A DNA stretch of 28,307 nt from a virus (lineage: Duplodnaviria > Caudoviricetes): the IMG/VR virus record IMGVR_UViG_3300020043_004435, positions 1 to 28,307 of that record, one strand, 5' to 3'. The notes under the pieces are model-generated. The model worked only from the letters and a program-made list of their open reading frames with translations. It had not been told where the DNA came from and searched no databases. Of this stretch, positions 18,215 through 26,120 are shown piece by piece. The position numbers were made by a program, and so were the translations under genes. Position 1 is the stretch's first letter; each line of letters opens with the position of its first letter.

Positions 18215-18216
18215 AC

Positions 18217-18375
18217 TTACCTCTGATGTTTTATTACGTTAAAGATGGGGCGTTGTTCTTTGCACTTGTCGCACTCACGATACCCCCGACTTTGATACAC
18301 TCTCCAATGGTCATGATTACAATTCGCTACACTAGGAGAGGGACTTACTGCTTCTACTTTCTTAACTTTATCCAC
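18217..18375 (-). CDS. Small Zn-ribbon protein
   Basis: CNHDHW...CDKC. The likely start is GTG 18375, with a GAGG RBS. Confidence 0.5.
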   Translation of the reverse strand: MDKVKKVEAVSPSPSVANCNHDHWRVYQSRGYRECDKCKEQRPIFNVIKHQR

Positions 18376-18446
18376 AACAACCTCATCATTAAAACTAATA
18401 CCCCAACATACAGCCCAATACACACCGCGTCATCTAAGGTCATCAT
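18354..18446 (-). CDS. Tiny single-TM protein (MMTLDDAVCIGLYVGVLVLMMRLLWIKLRK)
   Basis: Translated by hand; hydrophobic helix plus basic tail; overlaps its neighbours. Confidence 0.45.
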   Translation of the reverse strand: MMTLDDAVCIGLYVGVLVLMMRLLWIKLRK

Positions 18447-18525
18447 CGTCATCCTTTATACTAAACTCCACTGCAAAGCAGATTATGGTGAATGTAACCA
18501 CCGCCCAATACGTCATCTCAGCCAT
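18430..18525 (-). CDS. Tiny single-TM protein (MAEMTYWAVVTFTIICFAVEFSIKDDDDDLR)
   Basis: Translated by hand; strong AGGAGG RBS. Confidence 0.5.
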   Translation of the reverse strand: MAEMTYWAVVTFTIICFAVEFSIKDDDDDLR

Positions 18526-18667
18526 CGAGTACCTCCTGTTCTTCCATCGCTCGGAGCATCAGCTTGAGTTGCTGTATCTCTGCGAGCAGTTTTAATTTTA
18601 CTTTCTTAAGTTCTTTCTTGTTCTTCTGCGCCATCTCAAGACGTTTAAACATTTCTTCTTTAGTCAT
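18518..18667 (-). CDS. Small coiled-coil protein (49 aa, MTKEEMFKRLE...)
   Basis: Translated by hand; GGAG RBS; fills the gap. Confidence 0.6.
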   Translation of the reverse strand: MTKEEMFKRLEMAQKNKKELKKVKLKLLAEIQQLKLMLRAMEEQEVLDG

Positions 18668-18668
18668 C

Positions 18669-18881
18669 TCATTCTCCCTCATACTTCTTTAGTAGGTCAT
18701 ATACTTTATTCATAATCTCAAGCTCGCCACTTAACGTGCCATCTACATCGTGCCAATCTCTAATCCCTTTTATAACCCCAAGCATCTCTTTTACTTGTTC
18801 AGCTAGTTTTTGAGCTTGTCGTTGATATGCTTCATATAGCAGTTCGGTGTCGTCACCCCATTCATCATATTCATCTAGCAT
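18669..18881 (-). CDS. Hypothetical protein
   Basis: 70-aa ORF with a TAATG overlap with the upstream ORF. Confidence 0.65.
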   Translation of the reverse strand: MLDEYDEWGDDTELLYEAYQRQAQKLAEQVKEMLGVIKGIRDWHDVDGTLSGELEIMNKVYDLLKKYEGE

Positions 18882-19021
18882 TAGAATACCCTTTGTATAA
18901 TTTGTGTTATCCGAGTAGGTCTTTCTATTCGGTAGTAGTGCTTTATATGTGCATCAACCTTACACTCTCTATATTTCCTACACATCCATTCTCTATGCGT
19001 ATTTAACGGTTTTAGTTTCAT
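18881..19021 (-). CDS. Small basic hypothetical protein (46 aa, MKLKPLNTHREW...)
   Basis: Translated by hand; AGGAGG RBS right after the polymerase stop. Confidence 0.55.
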   Translation of the reverse strand: MKLKPLNTHREWMCRKYRECKVDAHIKHYYRIERPTRITQIIQRVF

Positions 19022-19030
19022 CTCATCCTC

Positions 19031-20851
19031 CTAACAGTCAGCTATGCTTCTACCCCATCCACCCTCAGCCGCTAGTGGTATGTCGGGCATCCATGTGGGG
19101 GGTTTGCACATCTCGTCAATTAAAAAATCTAAGGCTTCCTGCGCCTCACTCTCTGGCACAACAATGTATAGCGCGTCATGAATAGACAGTGCTATTTGAT
19201 ACCTCTTAGCTATGCGAACCATAGCTTCTGACATGATGCATCGTGCCGTACCTTGCACCAGATTGTTGGTTAATTTACCGCCATAAAGTCTATCATAACC
19301 GTTGCGCAGTTTGTACTTGTATCCCTTCTCCCCCGACTCTTGGTCTATTACATTCTCAAGCTGAGGGTACTGCATATGCAGACCAGACGGGAGCTTCACA
19401 CCACGCTTACCATCCACCCTATACAAATCGTTTCTACCAAAACTAAACTCATCATCGTTAGCGATTGCGTCAATAGCTTTACTACACGTTTTCCAAAACG
19501 CTGTCACCCCTGTGTATGTCTGGCGATAGAGGTCTACAATACGCTTCGCCTCTGCCTCACCTAAGTCAGTACCTGACCCCGACTTCACGGCATCTCGTAG
19601 CTTTGCCGCGCCTACACCAAAGATAAGTCCGAGCTGAGATGTCTTACCAATAAAACGCTGTGCCTTTGTTACCTCATCGTAGTCCACGTTAAACGCAAGG
19701 GATGCAAACTCTTTATACAAATCCCGACCGCCGCCTAGTGACTTGAGAGCCTCCATCTCATTACATACCCAAAGACCTACACGGAGTTCAATGTTAGATA
19801 AGTCAGCCCCTACTACGACCATACCATCAGGCGCAACGATAGCTTTCTTAAGTGTGCTTTCTCTAGGCAGGTTCTGGAAGTTTACTTTCTGTCCGCCCCC
19901 TGCTGACCATCTACCTGTCGCCGCGCCATAATAATTCAGTGGTATGGGTAGGTAATTAGTTCGCTTAGCGATTCCAATAAAGCGTTCAGTTCGGGTTTCT
20001 TCGATTGTACTTTTAACACCCAGCCGTGTTGCAACCAGTGCTTGCACATCGGGGTTCTCATGCTCAAGTAAGTCTTTGAGTCCGTCATCAGTCTTTGCAA
20101 ATGCATACGTTAGTTTCCCTGTGGTAGGTGATACTTTCATTGGAGGTTCTACACCATGCTGCTTAAGCAGTGCCGCGAACTTAGGGTTACTCATCAGTTC
20201 TTTCTTATCGGCAACCACTCGACTCAGTAAGTCTTCTTTCTTTGTGCGTACTTCATGCAGATAAGACTCCAGCATGGGCAAATCAATAGTCAGTGTAGGG
20301 TTCGTTGCCATCTTAATGGTGATATCAATTAGCGATAGCTCCTGTGTATTAAAGTGCGGCATCAGTGCATGAAATAGTTTATGAGTAACCTCCACATCAT
20401 TCACACAGTATTCACCATACCTTGCAAGCTCCTCCTCAGTAAAGTCTTTGAGGCGTTTACCCAGTGCGTTTACTACCTCTGTGCCCTTAGCTCCTAGTTC
20501 ATAATGCTCTACCAGTTTAGCTAGGCTACCGCCCACTGAGATGCCATGTATTGCACGCGCCATAGACAGCGTGTCGAGATACTTCTTAGCAGTGATACCA
20601 AAATACTCAGACAGAATTGTTGCATCAAAGAATGTGTTATGACACAGCAGGATTTGATTGGGTATATCGTATAAGTCTAGGTACGCCTTGAGTTCCTCCT
20701 TAGTGCCTGTGTAAAAGATAGTAGGCATAGTGTCTACCTTAATGCCTACGCCAATCACCTCAAACTCATCACCATTTACATACTCTTCAATAGTTAGTTT
20801 AGATAGGCTATAGGTCTTGCTGTAATACGTCTCCATGTCTAGTGTTATCAT
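19031..20851 (-). CDS. polA: Family A DNA polymerase with 3'-5' exonuclease
   Basis: Exo motifs TLDMETY, HNTFFD and YCVNDV; TGRWS; QNLPR; motif A DLSNIELR; motif B RFIGKTSQLGLIFG; motif C IHDA. Confidence 0.95.
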   Translation of the reverse strand: MITLDMETYYSKTYSLSKLTIEEYVNGDEFEVIGVGIKVDTMPTIFYTGTKEELKAYLDLYDIPNQILLCHNTFFDATILSEYFGITAKKYLDTLSMARAIHGISVGGSLAKLVEHYELGAKGTEVVNALGKRLKDFTEEELARYGEYCVNDVEVTHKLFHALMPHFNTQELSLIDITIKMATNPTLTIDLPMLESYLHEVRTKKEDLLSRVVADKKELMSNPKFAALLKQHGVEPPMKVSPTTGKLTYAFAKTDDGLKDLLEHENPDVQALVATRLGVKSTIEETRTERFIGIAKRTNYLPIPLNYYGAATGRWSAGGGQKVNFQNLPRESTLKKAIVAPDGMVVVGADLSNIELRVGLWVCNEMEALKSLGGGRDLYKEFASLAFNVDYDEVTKAQRFIGKTSQLGLIFGVGAAKLRDAVKSGSGTDLGEAEAKRIVDLYRQTYTGVTAFWKTCSKAIDAIANDDEFSFGRNDLYRVDGKRGVKLPSGLHMQYPQLENVIDQESGEKGYKYKLRNGYDRLYGGKLTNNLVQGTARCIMSEAMVRIAKRYQIALSIHDALYIVVPESEAQEALDFLIDEMCKPPTWMPDIPLAAEGGWGRSIADC

Positions 20852-21045
20852 TCGCTGTCCCTCAGCTCTGTTATGTATATAATAGCGGACTCCAAACTCT
20901 CTATAGCACAGCGGTTATTCCATCTAGCAAACTCCCATGTTAAATCTTTATCGTCTACAGGGACTGGTATTAGGTTACCCATATGAATAATCTGCGTAAT
21001 TATATGTCTATAACCTTCAATTAAATTACTATCTAATTCATTCAT
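20848..21045 (-). CDS. Hypothetical protein
   Basis: 65-aa ORF with ATGA overlaps. Confidence 0.6.
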   Translation of the reverse strand: MNELDSNLIEGYRHIITQIIHMGNLIPVPVDDKDLTWEFARWNNRCAIESLESAIIYITELRDSE

Positions 21046-21245
21046 CTCGCCACCATGTTGCCTTGATTGTCCCTGCTCAGCTCGTACACACCGTATAGTT
21101 TGCCCTCTCTCAAAATAAATTCTCCTATGTTGGTCTTGATGATTTCGTGGTGGTGTCTGTGATACCCAAACCCTGCTAACGTACCTACTAATATGCCACC
21201 TACAAATGTAGCTACTGCGATTAAAACTAATGCGTCATCTTTCAT
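21042..21245 (-). CDS. Small membrane-anchored protein
   Basis: N-terminal TM segment ALVLIAVATFVGGILVGTLAGFGY. The likely start is ATG 21245. Confidence 0.6.
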   Translation of the reverse strand: MKDDALVLIAVATFVGGILVGTLAGFGYHRHHHEIIKTNIGEFILREGKLYGVYELSRDNQGNMVAR

Positions 21246-21423
21246 AGCGTTCTCCAACAAGCATTGCGGCTTTAACTAAGTCCTGTAAGTTCCATAAGTA
21301 TGATAGCTGAGCTTCTGAGCTTGAGCCTACGGGATGCGCATCTATTTCAGCTAACCTACGGTCAAGCGATGACCGTGCCATGCCTGTTATTTCGACAAAC
21401 TTATTAAGAGTCATAGTTTTCAT
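21235..21423 (-). CDS. Small HTH-like DNA-binding protein
   Basis: MTLNKFVEITGMARSSLDRRL resembles an HTH. Confidence 0.5.
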   Translation of the reverse strand: MKTMTLNKFVEITGMARSSLDRRLAEIDAHPVGSSSEAQLSYLWNLQDLVKAAMLVGERYER

Positions 21424-21620
21424 TTCACATCCTCTTTTATTTTTTGATAAATCTCTTCAGACACTGCTTTTAATATGTCTTCACATGACTTAATTATTGT
21501 GTAGTAACTTGATGCTTCTAAAATATATCCGAAGTTGTGGTCTATATTTTGTAATAACGAAGCGGCGTATCTTAAATCAGATACGGTTTTATATAGGGTT
21601 TCTTTTTCATTGTCTGTCAT
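21420..21620 (-). CDS. Hypothetical protein
   Basis: 66-aa ORF with ATGA overlaps. Confidence 0.6.
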   Translation of the reverse strand: MTDNEKETLYKTVSDLRYAASLLQNIDHNFGYILEASSYYTIIKSCEDILKAVSEEIYQKIKEDVK

Positions 21621-21865
21621 TGCACTGTCCCCGTAGAGCTGTCGTTACATACTGCTGTGATGATACGAGTCGGTCTTTTGCTCATTTGGTAAGCACCCAC
21701 TGCGAAGTTCCACTCCTCCCGTGCATTAGTACAAGCTGTCATGCTGTCATAGGGGATTACGCTCGTAGTGTAGGCAATGCGTTCCACTTGCGTGGTCTTA
21801 CCTTTCTTGTCGATTGTAGTTTCTGTTGTAAGGAATGAAAGTGTTAAAACTAATATTGCGCTCAT
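21617..21865 (-). CDS. Small putative exported protein with a Cys pair
   Basis: Hydrophobic N-terminus, YDSMTACTNA, C-terminal AVC, and an AGGAG RBS. Confidence 0.6.
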   Translation of the reverse strand: MSAILVLTLSFLTTETTIDKKGKTTQVERIAYTTSVIPYDSMTACTNAREEWNFAVGAYQMSKRPTRIITAVCNDSSTGTVQ

Positions 21866-21866
21866 G

Positions 21867-22028
21867 TTATTCTCCTAGTACAGCGTTGCGTAGTAGTCTG
21901 CGTAGGCGTTTGTTTTCTTCCACTACATCATCGTGCAACTTATACATACCGATAAAGAACGCAATCATCAGTAGGTACGCTACGTTTGACTCATCGAGCC
22001 ACGTTAAAATCTCAATTAGCTTTTCCAT
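21867..22028 (-). CDS. Small single-TM protein (53 aa, MEKLIEILTWLDES...)
   Basis: Translated by hand; GGAG RBS; TM segment VAYLLMIAFFIGMY. Confidence 0.6.
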   Translation of the reverse strand: MEKLIEILTWLDESNVAYLLMIAFFIGMYKLHDDVVEENKRLRRLLRNAVLGE

Positions 22029-22173
22029 TTTGTTTCTCCAAGTATTGTTTTAAATTAGTTTCTTCTATTAGTGATTGCACTTGCTCTCTGCTTAACCAGT
22101 GGTCTGGTCTTTTTGCTGTGGGATACTCGTCTAAGTCATAGTCTGCATCCCAGCTTGCGTCACTATCTGCCAT
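22012..22173 (-). CDS. Small acidic hypothetical protein (53 aa, MADSDASWDADY...)
   Basis: Translated by hand; overlaps the VRR-NUC stop and the next start. Confidence 0.55.
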   Translation of the reverse strand: MADSDASWDADYDLDEYPTAKRPDHWLSREQVQSLIEETNLKQYLEKQNGKAN

Positions 22174-22471
22174 ATACATCTTGTCTGTTCTCCAAAATAT
22201 CTTTTAAAATGTCGATGTTGTCGGCGTTAATGAGGATACCTGTACCCTCTGCCTTCTCGATGTTATCAAGCTCACGCTGTTGCAGAGCTGTGGGTTGTTT
22301 ACTGCCAGCCTTACACTCTATACCTACAAAATGCCCACCAACACACGCAATAATGTCGGGTATACCAGTGCGACCATAACCGTTAGCCGCAGGGAAGAAG
22401 TAATACGCACCCATCTCATCAAGCACTTTGCGTACTTGGTCTTTAATCTCACCCTCTGGTGTCTTCGCCAT
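22163..22471 (-). CDS. VRR-NUC domain nuclease (probable Holliday junction resolvase)
   Basis: TPEGEIK, GIPDII, GIECKAG, PTALQ. Confidence 0.9.
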   Translation of the reverse strand: MAKTPEGEIKDQVRKVLDEMGAYYFFPAANGYGRTGIPDIIACVGGHFVGIECKAGSKQPTALQQRELDNIEKAEGTGILINADNIDILKDILENRQDVYGR

Positions 22472-22694
22472 CACATAACTCCTTAATAATTCTATTTACT
22501 ACTACCGTTTTAGTCTTCCCATTGAGCGAGCCGAACCATACCATGTACACAGGACAATTTGGGTCACCGTTCCACACCTTGAATGTTAGCCTGTCTATAA
22601 ACTGCAAGGTAAGTCCCTCACTACTAAGCCTATTAACAGCATCCTCCACAACATTAGACGCATCACTACGAATCTCTACAATCTTTAACATCAC
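22449..22694 (-). CDS. Hypothetical protein
   Basis: 81-aa ORF with a GAGGTG RBS. Confidence 0.55.
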   Translation of the reverse strand: MMLKIVEIRSDASNVVEDAVNRLSSEGLTLQFIDRLTFKVWNGDPNCPVYMVWFGSLNGKTKTVVVNRIIKELCDGEDTRG

Positions 22695-22789
22695 TCACCT
22701 CTTGCAACTTAAATTAACTATGTTAGAGTAGTCACACAAATCTCTCTCCTGTGAGTCTTTTGTGTTTCATGTGTTACTCCTACCTCGAT

Positions 22790-22826
22790 AAGGGTGTCAT
22801 ACCTCTAGTGACACCCTTGTTTTTTT
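22790..22826 (+). terminator. 10-bp stem-loop with a T-tract on the + (antisense) strand
   Basis: AAGGGTGTCA-tacctctag-TGACACCCTT followed by GTTTTTTT. Confidence 0.55.
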
Positions 22827-23043
22827 ACATCTCACATACTAAGAACACACCATCACCCCTATTCTGCCCGATGTCTGGCAAAACCTCACCGACAGGCGCA
22901 ACTTGCAGTAAAGCTATGTTGTCTGGCACAGGTGGGGATAATTCGTTAACCTCCCCAAAAAATATTACTTTCATCTCCCGAGTAGGGAGAGCGTCATCTA
23001 ATGGTACAGCAGTTTTCTTACCTAAGTCTACTAATAACGTCAA
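22825..23043 (-). CDS. Paralog 3 of the tandem 'LP..I..RV.LL....GE..GVG' family
   Basis: ELSPPVPDNIALLQVAPVGEVLPDIG....VFLVCE; TTG start coupled to the upstream stop. Confidence 0.6.
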   Translation of the reverse strand: MTLLVDLGKKTAVPLDDALPTREMKVIFFGEVNELSPPVPDNIALLQVAPVGEVLPDIGQNRGDGVFLVCEM

Positions 23044-23391
23044 TCACTCCTCCTCGCATACATAGTATGCACCGTTATTACTTTTGCCACCTACACCCTC
23101 AAGCCACTCGCCTACCTCACCTACTCTAAGCAAACTCACTCTCTCCTGTATATGCATGGGCAGGGACTTAAAGCGTATGATTTCTGAGTTAGTGTTTATA
23201 TTCGCTTGCCATATACCTCTTGAAAGCTCTTGGTTAAATAGGCTTGTTGTATATAACATAGACCCGTTTGATGCTTTGGCTACTTTATGAGCTATGCTCC
23301 CTTCTGGTATTCCAAAATGCTCAGTAGAAGGTATGTCTTTTACCACCTGCACAATATTTTTACCTTCAAAGAATCTAATCCTAATCATCAT
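23044..23391 (-). CDS. Paralog 2 of the tandem family
   Basis: FKSLPMHIQERVSLLRVGEVGEWLEGVG....YYVCEEE. Confidence 0.7.
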   Translation of the reverse strand: MMIRIRFFEGKNIVQVVKDIPSTEHFGIPEGSIAHKVAKASNGSMLYTTSLFNQELSRGIWQANINTNSEIIRFKSLPMHIQERVSLLRVGEVGEWLEGVGGKSNNGAYYVCEEE

Positions 23392-23678
23392 TCCTCCTCA
23401 TAGATATACATAAAGTTATGCACAGTAGGACTCTTTACCCCGTTACACCCCACGCCTTCTATATACTCGTCATCCTCTGCCAAAGTAAGCATAGTTACAC
23501 GAGCGCGGATAATATCTGGAAGCTCGTCAAAGTCCATTTCTACAGGACTATCCGTTGGGAAGTCAGAAGGTCTCTCGGTATTTAGTCTGTCGCTATTAAA
23601 AAGATTATGGTAGGTGTTAACACCTCGCACAAGGCATCTACGTTTTTCTGCACCTATAAATCTAAATGCTATCATCAC
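23388..23678 (-). CDS. Paralog 1 of the tandem family
   Basis: FDELPDIIRARVTMLTLAEDDEYIEGVG....MYIYEEE. Confidence 0.7.
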   Translation of the reverse strand: MMIAFRFIGAEKRRCLVRGVNTYHNLFNSDRLNTERPSDFPTDSPVEMDFDELPDIIRARVTMLTLAEDDEYIEGVGCNGVKSPTVHNFMYIYEEE

Positions 23679-24847
23679 TCCTCCAAGCGAATCACACTGC
23701 CAAATGGTGGCACTACGTTATTACCGCCTACGATAACCCATATCACAGGGTATGTCGGATGGTCTTTTGGAAAGCCTGTGTAGCCGTCAGTAATAATAAT
23801 CGTACACTCTGGTTTGAGTTTGTTGTCATCGATATACTGCATCACACAGCCTACGTCTGTGCCACCACCGCCTCGCGGCTTCGTAGAGCTAACCAAGCCA
23901 GCGTAGTTATCCTCGCGGTACTGTTCATGAGATGCGACTTGCGTATCCCAGTAGAGAAGGTCAACCTTCTCGGGAGTTGTATTATCACATATAGCCACCA
24001 CCTCACTCAAGGCTTTGGTAATTGCCTCGTCATCAATAGAACCCGATGTATCAATCGCTACACACATAGAGCCTACTGTTTCACTGATTTGGCTGGGCAT
24101 ATAGATATCTTGAGATAGCCACCGTCTGCTTGGTTTTGCCCATGTACTATCACCTTTGCCAGCGCACGTTGTTGACACAAACTCACGGAGTTGCTCACGC
24201 CAGTCTACTTTGGATGCCATGAGAGCCTCGAAGCTACGGTCTACATCACCGCCTTGTTTGCCAGCCAAAAGTGCGCCAGTGCGTACTGCGCCATCGATTT
24301 CTTTTCGCACCTGTTCCTTTTCTTCATCAGACAGTGACGCGGCATCTTGCCACTGATGCTCATCTAATTCTTCAGGCAGTTTGCCGCCCCCCTTACTGGC
24401 ACGGCTCTGCTTATCGCCGTACTGCTTCTTGAGTTTAGCGTATACCTCTGCGGTATTCATACCACGATACTGCTCATCGATACACCCACAAGCAGGTAGG
24501 CTAATGAAGCTACCGCCCCTATCAATGTCTAGTATCTCGAGGTTAATCACAAAGTCACACGCTATACCTGCAAGCTGGGCATCCTCCTCGAATAGTTTCT
24601 GCCATATGAATAGATGCTGGTAGAGTTTATGTTTAGCCTCATGTAACACAAGACCGCGTAATTCTTGGTCAGTCAAACTATCTACAAACTCACGTCCATA
24701 AAATACATCACGTCCGTTGGTAGCGGCTGTGTCTATGTCACCTCTGATTGCTGTCTTACCTACCATGATAATGCCAGAGTAGGCTAGGGTACGTTTGTCC
24801 TGCATCAAAGAGATGTGCGCCTTGAGTATACGGTCTTCTGCTTTCAT
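23675..24847 (-). CDS. Metallopeptidase-like plus vWA domain protein (DUF2201-like)
   Basis: TAATNG, HEAKH (HExxH), ACDFVIN; MIDAS motif DTSGS, GGGGT, IITDG. Confidence 0.88.
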   Translation of the reverse strand: MKAEDRILKAHISLMQDKRTLAYSGIIMVGKTAIRGDIDTAATNGRDVFYGREFVDSLTDQELRGLVLHEAKHKLYQHLFIWQKLFEEDAQLAGIACDFVINLEILDIDRGGSFISLPACGCIDEQYRGMNTAEVYAKLKKQYGDKQSRASKGGGKLPEELDEHQWQDAASLSDEEKEQVRKEIDGAVRTGALLAGKQGGDVDRSFEALMASKVDWREQLREFVSTTCAGKGDSTWAKPSRRWLSQDIYMPSQISETVGSMCVAIDTSGSIDDEAITKALSEVVAICDNTTPEKVDLLYWDTQVASHEQYREDNYAGLVSSTKPRGGGGTDVGCVMQYIDDNKLKPECTIIITDGYTGFPKDHPTYPVIWVIVGGNNVVPPFGSVIRLEE

Positions 24848-24856
24848 GTTGCTCTC

Positions 24857-25927
24857 CTAGAATAAGTAGCCATTGGTTACACACCACGAGGTGAATGATT
24901 TATTGCGTACTGCGATGTCACGCTTAGGTGACTTGCCGCTCATAATAGACATAGCGAACATAGCTTGAGCCTCTCTAGTCATACGACCTAAGTACGTCAT
25001 CCAAGAGTCGAACGTATCGACTTCTACGTTATGTAATGCTTTAGATACAATCAAGCAGACTGATGCACCGTTGTCGGGTACTACCGTAGTAGTGGGCGTG
25101 TTTACAATCTCACGCCATGCAGGCATGGTGTTATCTAACTTGAGGATATTCATCATATCCATAGTCGCACGTTCACCAATCGTACCAATCAGCGCATGGT
25201 ATAGCACGTTCTCTGGCAGATGACGGCAACGCTTGAGGATATTACTTGCCGCTTCTAAACTACGCGGTGTAACGAAAGCCGCACGAGGTACACGAGGGTC
25301 ATGGATGTACTCGTTCTGAGAAGGTTTCTCATAGTCCTCAAATGATGCTAACATAGCTGGATACTCATTAGTCGTAGCGATAACTACAGGGTCAATGCCA
25401 GCACCCATAGCAAAACCAAGACGCCACTCTTCACTGGTTGGTTTGCGTACCTTAACCACGTCTACTCTATTACGGGCATGAGGTGGTAGACTGTCACCGA
25501 TACCCTCTGCTGATAAGTTAGTAGTAGCGAACACGATGCTACCCTCTGGCAAACTATGTGTGCCGAGCTTACGCTCGAGCATGAGTCTAAGACACGCATT
25601 CATCACAGACTTAGATGCCTTACCTATCTCATCGAGCATAATAATCACAGGCTTTTTAAGATGAAACCCGAACTCTTCGTTGGGTATGAATGAGCAGACA
25701 GACGTACCGTCTAGCTGACGCACCTGCGGTACTAAGAAGTCACCCACATCTTTAGTCGTGATGTCCACATAGCAGGTAATGTGGTCGGGGTGCTGTTGTT
25801 GCAAAGCTTTGAGTATAGATGACTTGCCGATACCCATCTCGCCTTGTACCAAGACTGTGGTCGTGTCACCGATTGCGTTAATTAAATCGATTGCGTTTTG
25901 CATTGTGATGTTTGCATATGGTTTCAT
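24857..25927 (-). CDS. MoxR-like AAA+ ATPase
   Basis: Walker A GEMGIGKS, Walker B IMLDE, sensor I ATTN, arginine finger ARNR, sensor II TPRS. Confidence 0.9.
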   Translation of the reverse strand: MKPYANITMQNAIDLINAIGDTTTVLVQGEMGIGKSSILKALQQQHPDHITCYVDITTKDVGDFLVPQVRQLDGTSVCSFIPNEEFGFHLKKPVIIMLDEIGKASKSVMNACLRLMLERKLGTHSLPEGSIVFATTNLSAEGIGDSLPPHARNRVDVVKVRKPTSEEWRLGFAMGAGIDPVVIATTNEYPAMLASFEDYEKPSQNEYIHDPRVPRAAFVTPRSLEAASNILKRCRHLPENVLYHALIGTIGERATMDMMNILKLDNTMPAWREIVNTPTTTVVPDNGASVCLIVSKALHNVEVDTFDSWMTYLGRMTREAQAMFAMSIMSGKSPKRDIAVRNKSFTSWCVTNGYLF

Positions 25928-25942
25928 GTGTATTCTCCAGTA

Positions 25943-26110
25943 TTATTTTAAATTAATTGAGTTGTAATAAAGAAAGTCATCTCGGTCACTTAACCATTTA
26001 CTGCCTGCGCATAGTGTAAAGTCTAGTTTCCACTTTAAAACACCCTTGTAATGTGCAAATTTATGTGTCCGTTTCCAATCTTTTATATGTCTTCTATCAC
26101 CTATGTTCAT
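25943..26110 (-). CDS. Small basic hypothetical protein (55 aa, MNIGDRRHIKDW...)
   Basis: AGGAG RBS before ATG 26110. Confidence 0.55.
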   Translation of the reverse strand: MNIGDRRHIKDWKRTHKFAHYKGVLKWKLDFTLCAGSKWLSDRDDFLYYNSINLK

Positions 26111-26120
26111 TGTTCTTCTC

